Positions 17,684-24,521 of a stretch of DNA of 64,000 nt are shown piece by piece (positions within the stretch are counted from its first letter, which is position 1; each line of letters begins with the position of its first letter). The notes under the pieces are model-generated. The model had not been told where the DNA came from, searched no databases, and worked only from the letters and a program-made list of their open reading frames with translations. The translations under genes were made by a program, and so were the position numbers. Source of the DNA: a virus (taxonomy: Duplodnaviria; Caudoviricetes); IMG/VR virus record IMGVR_UViG_3300027991_000002, positions 11,208 through 75,207 of that record. One strand, written 5' to 3'.

Positions 17684-17692
17684 TTTTTTTTC

Positions 17693-17820
17693 TGATAACG
17701 GATGAAGATAAAAGAAGCAGCCCTAAATAGAATGTTCAGCGGGTACGTAACCGATAGGGTAACTGAACTTAGGCAGACCTCCGATTTTGCTCGGCTGTTT
17801 CTTTTTATCTTGTGTTGTGT
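17693..17820. repeat. attC-like site K (128 bp)
   Basis: AAC ggatg AAGATAAAA-GAAGCAGCC pairs with GGCTGTTTCTTTTTATCTT gt GTT. Confidence 0.85.
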
Positions 17821-17878
17821 GAGAGCATAGGGATTTCAGGCGATGGGCAGTTTTTAACTTAAAATAATTTTAAAGCGT

Positions 17879-18193
17879 ATGGCAAAGATTTATTTCAGCA
17901 AATACAATGATGAGGAAGTGGCTTATACATTGGACTATTGGAAAACTTACATGGAAGAAAACCTCATTGAAGAAATGACATTGTTTGAAGGCAAGCGAAT
18001 GACAGGCGAGGGCTATTTCTATTGTAAAGAATACTTTGAAGTTGGATTAGCGAGAGAGTCATGTGGAAAGATATGCGAGGGATATAAGCCGAACAATGGC
18101 AAGAATGGCAGATGCAAACATTATGGATATTGCTATGAGCCAACAGATAAAAGGTTGGTGTTGCAAGCGGGCGGAAAAATTATTTTAAGTTAA
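17879..18193 (+). CDS. cassette cargo, Cys-rich protein (104 aa)
   Basis: FYCKEY, SCGKICEGYKPNNGKNGRCKHYGYCY. Confidence 0.75.
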   Translation: MAKIYFSKYNDEEVAYTLDYWKTYMEENLIEEMTLFEGKRMTGEGYFYCKEYFEVGLARESCGKICEGYKPNNGKNGRCKHYGYCYEPTDKRLVLQAGGKIILS

Positions 18194-18200
18194 AAATTTC

Positions 18201-18260
18201 ACACAACAAATATATGTATTTTTCTCTTACAACTATTTGAAACTTAAACCATAACACCAT
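18201..18260 (-). other. attI-like site
   Basis: Last AAC (18205-18207) has no hairpin partner. On the minus strand: GTTATGG (18255-18249), GTTGTAA (18233-18227), then GTTGTGTGA, directly beside the integrase-domain gene. Confidence 0.6.
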
Positions 18261-18285
18261 GCAAAATTTTTTGTATATTTAAAAC

Positions 18286-18855
18286 ATGAATAACGCTCTC
18301 ATTTATGCTTTAGCTTGTCCGGAAACAGGTCAAATAAAATATGTTGGCAAAACAAATCATTCATTAAAAAGAAGATTGCAAAATCATATAAATAACAAGA
18401 GGTCAAAAAGCAGGTGCTCTTTTTGGATTAGAGAATTAAAAAGTAAAAATATCTATCCTGAAATAATATTACTTGAAACAGTAATTGATGGGCTATGGAG
18501 ATTTAGAGAATCAGAATGGATAAAAAACTTTGGCAGAGATAATTTATTAAATGAAAACGCAGGCGGTGGAGGAATGGGGACATCTAAGATAAATTATGTT
18601 TTTTCTTTTTCCGAATCTCTTTCACAATATTCTGAAAACACTAAGAGAAACTATTTAAGCATAGTAAAAATATTCTTACATGAACATGGATGCGTTTCAA
18701 CATCAGCAGTTATTATTAATAAAAAAATGATTGAAAATTATATGATGAGATTTAAGAATAGACACAGTTATAATCAAACCTTGTCTGCATTAAAAAAATT
18801 CTTTTTATTTTTAGGTCAACCAAGAAAATTAAATGCAATTAAATATTGGTATTAA
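18286..18855 (+). CDS. GIY-YIG nuclease fused to a tyrosine-integrase N-terminal (SAM-like) domain; no catalytic integrase domain
   Basis: IYALACPETGQIKYVGKT..RLQNH..ESEWI..LLNENAGGGG, then YSENTKRNYLSIVKIFL...SYNQTLSALKKFF (compare IntI STQNQALSALLF). Confidence 0.7.
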   Translation: MNNALIYALACPETGQIKYVGKTNHSLKRRLQNHINNKRSKSRCSFWIRELKSKNIYPEIILLETVIDGLWRFRESEWIKNFGRDNLLNENAGGGGMGTSKINYVFSFSESLSQYSENTKRNYLSIVKIFLHEHGCVSTSAVIINKKMIENYMMRFKNRHSYNQTLSALKKFFLFLGQPRKLNAIKYWY

Positions 18856-18940
18856 CTCTCTCCTTGCAAACTTATATTCACATGAGTTCAAAGATTGTAG
18901 CGAATGTGGTTACTCCGCTAAACTTTATCCGGCAGTCAGC

Positions 18941-19054
18941 TTAACCTTGTCCCCGATATTTTTTAAATGAATCGGACTTGTTACGGTGTTTTTTATGCTT
19001 CCCCCGCTTTCGTGATTTACTCACATACCCTTTTATCTTTTTTTCTTTTGCCAT
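18941..19054 (-). CDS. small basic protein (37 aa, KKYRGQG end)
   Basis: Translated by hand: MAKEKKIKGYVSKSRKRGKHKKHRNKSDSFKKYRGQG; overlaps the endolysin stop. Confidence 0.65.
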   Translation of the reverse strand: MAKEKKIKGYVSKSRKRGKHKKHRNKSDSFKKYRGQG

Positions 19055-19449
19055 CACTCAATAAATAAAACTTCTTGTTGGAAATTCTTATTCATGCCAA
19101 AATGAATACTTTTATTTTTGAAATTTATTCCAATTCGTTGCATACCTAATTTTAAAGCTGATTTTACATATAGATATGCTTTATGGCTGTCCCAAGTTCC
19201 AGCAGGTCTTTTGCAAAGAATATCGGCTACCTCTGTGGGTATAAACGTATGCTCATCTGTGGCGAATCCCCCTACTGCAACTGAATGTTCAGGAGTGGAA
19301 TAGGTTCGTGTGACAATTATCGGAACTCCTGCATCCTCGCGTATGTCATCCAATAGTTTTATGAATTCAAAAGTACACTTCTCAAAGTCAATGTTTTTAT
19401 CATTGAGCGATGAGAAGTGCTTAAAAGAATTTGCTTGGTCAGGTGTCAA
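19054..19449 (-). CDS. peptidase M15A-like endolysin (divergent)
   Basis: LLDDIREDAGVPI, VGG..DEH...ADI, RIGI...IH; Zn ligands H/D/H; next to a holin-like gene. Confidence 0.7.
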   Translation of the reverse strand: MTPDQANSFKHFSSLNDKNIDFEKCTFEFIKLLDDIREDAGVPIIVTRTYSTPEHSVAVGGFATDEHTFIPTEVADILCKRPAGTWDSHKAYLYVKSALKLGMQRIGINFKNKSIHFGMNKNFQQEVLFIE

Positions 19450-19709
19450 GCAGGTGTGTTGGCTGTTACAGCATTTGCTAATTCCTGTGCTTTGTCATGC
19501 ACTTGGGTTGCCAGCGCGTCAATAGCAGCTTGGTCGGGTTTGAGTTGCGCAATTTGCGCAGACAATCCATTGAGTAATGTGATGGCAGAATCAATGACTG
19601 TGTTTTCTGCGGCTACTTCGTTTTGGTTTAAAATTATTAAATTTAGTTTGTTAAGAATTAAATTTTCTTTTGAGTGATGGTGATAAATGTGAAAGGATAG
19701 CCATTTCAT
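19446..19709 (-). CDS. coiled-coil protein of the lysis region (87 aa)
   Basis: SAITLLNGLSAQIAQL...LANAVTANTPA. Confidence 0.7.
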   Translation of the reverse strand: MKWLSFHIYHHHSKENLILNKLNLIILNQNEVAAENTVIDSAITLLNGLSAQIAQLKPDQAAIDALATQVHDKAQELANAVTANTPA

Positions 19710-19963
19710 TTAACAGGTTCTTTTTTTCCGAACTCATCATTAGAATTTGTCCCTAACTGCTTTCCAAGATAAGATAAAAATCCTGTGGCAAATCCAATTC
19801 CAACTGCTTTACCAATAAGTGCAATAGTAATTACAGGCGCGGATAATGCAGGTATTATTGCCGATACAACTCCGACAATGCCTGCAAGCACAAGTCCTTT
19901 TGAAAGGTCATGTGTGGACACCTTTCCGAGAGGTGCGGGTTCTGGTGCAAGTAATGTTGTCAT
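19706..19963 (-). CDS. putative holin
   Basis: Two hydrophobic segments; DLSKGLVLA...FLSYLGKQLGTNS motif; upstream of the endolysin. Confidence 0.65.
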   Translation of the reverse strand: MTTLLAPEPAPLGKVSTHDLSKGLVLAGIVGVVSAIIPALSAPVITIALIGKAVGIGFATGFLSYLGKQLGTNSNDEFGKKEPVK

Positions 19964-20250
19964 TATTTGAGTTTTATGTTTACCTGAACATTTGCAGTGA
20001 GTGTGCTGTCGTGCGGAATCTGAATTTTAACTCCTCCGAATGTAGCCCATTCTCCGTTGATTAACTTTTGTGCTTCTGATGGAACATTAATATGCGCATC
20101 AACTTTTAACTTACCCGTGACAACAATATTAGAATCAGTTTGAAGATAAGAGATTAATTCTCCTGATGCTGTTGGAGTTTTACAGGTTGGCGCAAGGCAG
20201 ATAAACGTGGTTATCGCTCCTGCTGTAATTGTGAGTAATAGTTTTTTCAT
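19963..20250 (-). CDS. exported protein or lipoprotein (95 aa)
   Basis: N-terminal signal-like segment with Cys. Confidence 0.6.
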   Translation of the reverse strand: MKKLLLTITAGAITTFICLAPTCKTPTASGELISYLQTDSNIVVTGKLKVDAHINVPSEAQKLINGEWATFGGVKIQIPHDSTLTANVQVNIKLK

Positions 20251-20263
20251 GGCTGTAAAGATA

Positions 20264-21139
20264 CTAATTAATTGTTATGTTTATTGATTGTGATGATTCC
20301 TGATTGTTAAAATTAATCCCTGTGACAGTTATAATATGCTGACCGGGCGAAAGATTAGTTATCCAAAATTGTACTCCCGTAACAGGATTGAAATAAGGAC
20401 TTCTGTCGTGATTAGCCCAATATCCATTTGTTATTTTTTCCTGTCCATCCCAAAGAATTCTTACAACTTGTGCCTCTGCGGAAACATTTGCCGTTACCAT
20501 CAATGACCCCATTGCATCGGTTGAATAGCCGTTGTAAGGTGAAGTGATTGTAACCGTTGGAAGATTAGCATTCATTGTCCCCGCCAAAGTGTTCATGGTT
20601 TGATTGATAGAAATATATTCGCTTAAAGAGTAAGTTACATTCCACATACATGCCCCGTGATTACATGATGACTGCATAAAATAACTTCCTGTATGTTGGA
20701 AATACCATAATGTATGACTTATTTCATGTACTGCGCCCTCTCCCGAATTAATAGCATTATGATAACAAGCTCCACATAAACATACAGTTCCGCCTCCGCC
20801 TCCGCATATATTCTTTGACAACACAAGAATAAAATTAACATGGGGCAGATGAAAGGAATTTACCTCTGCCGCGACTTTTGAATCTGTGCAAGTGCCTCCG
20901 TCAAAGAATCCGCTTTCCTTGCATTGAAATTTATTTTGCCATGATAAAGGAATGAAGTTGAACTGTTGCTGCCGCTGACTGATTCTGATAAATAATTCTG
21001 ACTTTACATTTTGAAGGTCAGATAAGAATAATGCCTGCTCATTTCTGCCATAAGATTCCCCAACAACAGCGATGTCAATCGTTTGACTATAACTTTTTAT
21101 AGTCAATACAAGCGCAATAAATAAGATTATTTTTTTCAT
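20264..21139 (-). CDS. secreted zincin metallopeptidase (M64-like) with a C-terminal Ig-like domain
   Basis: Signal peptide; IDIAVVGESY; HEISH; PTVTITSP...LSPGQHIITVTG Big-type domain. Confidence 0.7.
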   Translation of the reverse strand: MKKIILFIALVLTIKSYSQTIDIAVVGESYGRNEQALFLSDLQNVKSELFIRISQRQQQFNFIPLSWQNKFQCKESGFFDGGTCTDSKVAAEVNSFHLPHVNFILVLSKNICGGGGGTVCLCGACYHNAINSGEGAVHEISHTLWYFQHTGSYFMQSSCNHGACMWNVTYSLSEYISINQTMNTLAGTMNANLPTVTITSPYNGYSTDAMGSLMVTANVSAEAQVVRILWDGQEKITNGYWANHDRSPYFNPVTGVQFWITNLSPGQHIITVTGINFNNQESSQSINITIN

Positions 21140-21143
21140 GGCT

Positions 21144-21410
21144 TTATGTATAAAATGTGAACTTTCCGTCTTCGTGTTTCACGTTGCTTTTTCGGGTGTT
21201 AGGAAAAAAATCGCTCCACTTAAACTCGTCAATTTTATGTCTCTTATTTTCGGTTGCTTTTATCTTTATCGTCTGTTTGATAATCTGCTCCGCCTGTTCT
21301 TTAGATGTGGCAGGTAAAGATACGTTTATTGTGCATCCTGAAACGGAGATGTTGACATTATAGTTTTTCAAGCCGTTCAATTTCTTTTTTGAGTTTTTTA
21401 ATTTCTTCAT
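21144..21410 (-). CDS. hypothetical protein (88 aa)
   Basis: ORF track. Confidence 0.55.
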   Translation of the reverse strand: MKKLKNSKKKLNGLKNYNVNISVSGCTINVSLPATSKEQAEQIIKQTIKIKATENKRHKIDEFKWSDFFPNTRKSNVKHEDGKFTFYT

Positions 21411-21490
21411 CGCTTAATGAGATAATTTCTTTTGCAGATTTCAATTCCGCTTCAAGCCGTTCAATGACTTTCATTAAGAATATGACAGGG

Positions 21491-21859
21491 CTATTCTCCT
21501 CCATCTTTCTTCTTTTTGTAATCTTTTTTTATTGTTGCAACAATCTCTCCAATAACTTCCGCGATTGAGTTTTGAGACTTGGCATTTAAAGCCGCTTCAT
21601 ATACCGTTTCTGTTGGCACATCACCCTCTTTGAGTTGTCGCGGGCTTTGGGCTTCAAGTAAATCTTTCAGTACGTTTAACGTAGCCAAATCAAGTTGTCG
21701 TTGATTATATTGTGAGATTAAATTCTTCTGCTCTTGAATAAAGTTAATAAGTTCAATCTCCTGCTGGACAAGTCCTACAAGGTCTATCACCTTTACATTG
21801 TAGGCGTTTTCCAAACTGTCCATTATTTCAGGGGTTAGTTCATTAGACACTTCGCTCAT
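21491..21859 (-). CDS. hypothetical protein (122 aa)
   Basis: ORF track; coupled to upstream gene. Confidence 0.7.
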   Translation of the reverse strand: MSEVSNELTPEIMDSLENAYNVKVIDLVGLVQQEIELINFIQEQKNLISQYNQRQLDLATLNVLKDLLEAQSPRQLKEGDVPTETVYEAALNAKSQNSIAEVIGEIVATIKKDYKKKKDGGE

Positions 21860-23133
21860 TGTACGTTATAATAATAAGTTGCTCTTAATCCGTTATCTTT
21901 TCCATAAGCAAATGATTGCGCTGATTGTCTTTGACCTACATATCCCTGTCCTGTATGCCATGCGTCCGTACCACTCATTGAACACAGTGTCCTTAAAACT
22001 ACTGTCTTGTTTTCTACTGTTGTGTTAAAAACTTTAATTCTTTCATGGTGTTTATCCCCTCTGTGAAACTCTCTGTATTTTGCTTTTGACCACCATTCGG
22101 GAACTTCGCTTGCCATGAGTAAAGGTAAGTCATTTTCCTTTTCTAAATTGCCGTGCGTTAATCCGATTAACGTATTGCCATACAAAAAGTATTTTCTTGC
22201 CGTTGGCTTGTTATTCACATTAACATCCATGCAATTATGAAACCAACATTCAATGGCATCTCCGAGATAAAACTCTGCTTGGTTAGCATGGTTTCCATAT
22301 ATTCCAATGGCTTCCACAGGGGCTACCTGCGCGAGAGTTTCAATTCCCTTAACTAAAAGTTTCCTTCCGCCCGTAAACATTTTCTGCCATCTCGAATCGG
22401 TATCTTGCGGTGTGCCTGCGGTGGTGGCATTGCTCTTTCCTTCTGAATTAAAAAAGTCATTACCAAAAACAAAAAGTATTTTTTCAATATTGTAAACCGA
22501 AACAGCACGTGAAATCAAATCTTTGAGCGCATCGTTAAATCTTTGTTCGGCTATTTTAGTGTCGTAATCCTTCCCGCTTTCTTCATGCCAGCATAACTTA
22601 GCGTAATGTAAGTCGTAAATTGAAATCTCAAGCATCACAGGTTCTTTGAAATTGTTTTTGTAAATTACCTTTGGGTATTTAGGTGCATAATTTTTTAAAT
22701 CTTCTTTTAACTCATTTAAAACTTCTGCCTGCTGTTTGTTTTTTAAAGGGATAAAACAACACGACATAATATATCCACCACTTGACTTGTCTTTGAACCA
22801 TACCATTGAAATGCGCCAATCCAAAGGGCTTCGTCCATACCGTTGAAATATTTCTTCATCTGTTAATTTTTTGTCAACAGTGTCTTTTATTTCTACCGAG
22901 CCGTCATTATTTCGTCTTTCAAAATACTCTACGGTATCTAATATTTCTTTTTTCAGGTTTTGCGTTCCTCCCTCAATTTCATCTCTATACCTATACAACC
23001 CTGTTTTTAATGCAATAAAACTATACTCTCCTTTATAAAAACCTACCAGTCGCCTAATCCATTCATTATCTTGTTCGTCAGGGAATCTTCTCAACACACT
23101 AAATATTTTATTCCAATCTTTTTTTGTACTCAT
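21856..23133 (-). CDS. calcineurin-like metallophosphoesterase
   Basis: DLHY, GNDFFN, GNH, THG, HRGDKHH metal-binding motifs. Confidence 0.8.
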   Translation of the reverse strand: MSTKKDWNKIFSVLRRFPDEQDNEWIRRLVGFYKGEYSFIALKTGLYRYRDEIEGGTQNLKKEILDTVEYFERRNNDGSVEIKDTVDKKLTDEEIFQRYGRSPLDWRISMVWFKDKSSGGYIMSCCFIPLKNKQQAEVLNELKEDLKNYAPKYPKVIYKNNFKEPVMLEISIYDLHYAKLCWHEESGKDYDTKIAEQRFNDALKDLISRAVSVYNIEKILFVFGNDFFNSEGKSNATTAGTPQDTDSRWQKMFTGGRKLLVKGIETLAQVAPVEAIGIYGNHANQAEFYLGDAIECWFHNCMDVNVNNKPTARKYFLYGNTLIGLTHGNLEKENDLPLLMASEVPEWWSKAKYREFHRGDKHHERIKVFNTTVENKTVVLRTLCSMSGTDAWHTGQGYVGQRQSAQSFAYGKDNGLRATYYYNVQ

Positions 23134-23272
23134 ACATACAATGGTGTTGAATTGTCAGGCGGTTTCGGTGGATTGAAAATACGATACAGTATTGCAACAG
23201 CCCAAATAGCAAATCCGAGTTTCCAACTCCATATTGCGATAATAAAAACTGTCAGGCAAAAAAGAAATATTT

Positions 23273-23503
23273 TCATACTGGAATCAGGGTTTTGTTATCA
23301 AGTATCTCACCTGACTGCCCGAAGGTGTGTGTAATATATTCCACACTTTCATGTTCTTCAAGTAAGTTATGTAAAAAAACTATCTCGTCATTGCCGTCTG
23401 TCCTTTGCTGGAAGCGGTCAGGGTTGCATAAACACTCTGCTTTCATCAGGTGTTTCTCCCATTCTTCTTTTGCGAGCGTATGGCGTATCACTAACACTTC
23501 CAT
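23273..23503 (-). CDS. hypothetical protein (76 aa)
   Basis: ORF track. Confidence 0.55.
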   Translation of the reverse strand: MEVLVIRHTLAKEEWEKHLMKAECLCNPDRFQQRTDGNDEIVFLHNLLEEHESVEYITHTFGQSGEILDNKTLIPV

Positions 23504-23567
23504 CTTTCTACAAAGGTTACGTTAGAAAGTGATAAAAGTCACATGGGTTTTGAAAAGTTTTAAACAA

Positions 23568-23596
23568 CAAAAAACCCCCACGTCAGGCAGGGGTTT
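23568..23596 (-). terminator. intrinsic terminator
   Basis: AAACCCC/GGGGTTT stem followed by a T-run on the minus strand. Confidence 0.65.
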
Positions 23597-23742
23597 CTAA
23601 AAACATCATCAACTCAACAAGAACTTAACATGAAAACTTTACAAAGATAACAGTTTTATTAAACCAAACAAGATAAATAAAAATAAAATTATCACAAACC
23701 ATACAAAGTTGCCTTTGTCATTGTGCATCACTCGTAGCCAAT

Positions 23743-24078
23743 TCATGGATTTAAAAATCTACTCTCAATCATACGGTCATTGTATTGTTTGTCATAATCA
23801 ACCCACCATTCTGCGCCTGTTTCAGAGTTTGATTTTGATGCTTCATATATAGAAGCTACTTTGATATTTAAAAGCTGGTCACCACGCTTTAAAGAGATAA
23901 TATCTTTATTGTTTTTATTAATTGCCGTGTCATGTTCCGCAATGTAAGTTAATATTTGATTTTGATTAGTGACAAGTTTTGTTCCTACTGTTGAAAGATA
24001 TGGAAGTCCAATTAACAGAAAAAAATTCACCAATGCTTTTACGGAATCTTTTGTAAAAAAAACTGTGGCTTTTGTCAT
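23743..24078 (-). CDS. membrane protein with coiled coil (111 aa)
   Basis: One N-terminal TM helix followed by a coiled coil. Confidence 0.7.
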   Translation of the reverse strand: MTKATVFFTKDSVKALVNFFLLIGLPYLSTVGTKLVTNQNQILTYIAEHDTAINKNNKDIISLKRGDQLLNIKVASIYEASKSNSETGAEWWVDYDKQYNDRMIESRFLNP

Positions 24079-24130
24079 ATCGCAAAACTACCTATTTGTA
24101 AGTTAATATGATTTTGGTCATGGGGAAGTT

Positions 24131-24514
24131 TTAAACATCAGTAAGATGTTCAAGGTAAGCGAATGTGGATTGGGCTGTCAGATATTTTACAATTACAGGC
24201 GAAGCATCAGAATTTATTTTATGAACTTCTAATTCAACTGTCGTATCATATAACTTTTGCTTATCCTCTACAAGTTGCTTTAACAGTTTTGATTTTTCTT
24301 CTTCTGTTGTTGCAGAGGGAATTGCTTCATTGTAAGCATTGTTCAACTCTATTTCCGCTTTGGAAAAACTTTCCATCAGCGGTTTTATTTTATTACGCGT
24401 TTTGTTAGCGGCATACACTACCGAATATGCATCTTTTAACTCTGCCTTGAGTTCTTTTGAATCACATATTTCAGTGATGGCTTTTGAAATTGAAACGAGG
24501 TCTATGTTTGTCAT
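24131..24514 (-). CDS. putative tail-fibre-associated chaperone (127 aa)
   Basis: Helical protein directly after the tail fibre gene; function inferred from position only. Confidence 0.45.
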   Translation of the reverse strand: MTNIDLVSISKAITEICDSKELKAELKDAYSVVYAANKTRNKIKPLMESFSKAEIELNNAYNEAIPSATTEEEKSKLLKQLVEDKQKLYDTTVELEVHKINSDASPVIVKYLTAQSTFAYLEHLTDV

Positions 24515-24521
24515 AAATTAT

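Larger units (their letters stand above)
12149..18260 (-). mobile_element. integron-like gene-cassette array (11 attC-like sites plus attI-like site)
   Basis: Eleven AAC...GTT imperfect palindromes. For all 11 neighbouring pairs, the sequence after one GTT is the reverse complement of the sequence before the next AAC. Integrase N-domain gene adjacent. Canonical intI-attI-(cassette-attC)n order when read on the minus strand. Confidence 0.8.

Noticed and set aside
12149-17820. The hairpins as ordinary intrinsic terminators or REP/MITE elements
   Set aside because: They lack consistent U-tracts, have invariant AAC/GTT ends and bulges, and pair with neighbouring sites in an offset pattern that terminators would not produce; no transposase was seen
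12149-18207. CRISPR array
   Set aside because: The units are not identical direct repeats with uniform spacers; they are divergent palindromes separated by ORFs of variable length
18856-19054. Frameshifted remainder of the integrase catalytic domain
   Set aside because: No R-K-H-R-H-Y-like motifs were seen on the + strand; the DNA instead encodes a minus-strand 37-aa basic protein
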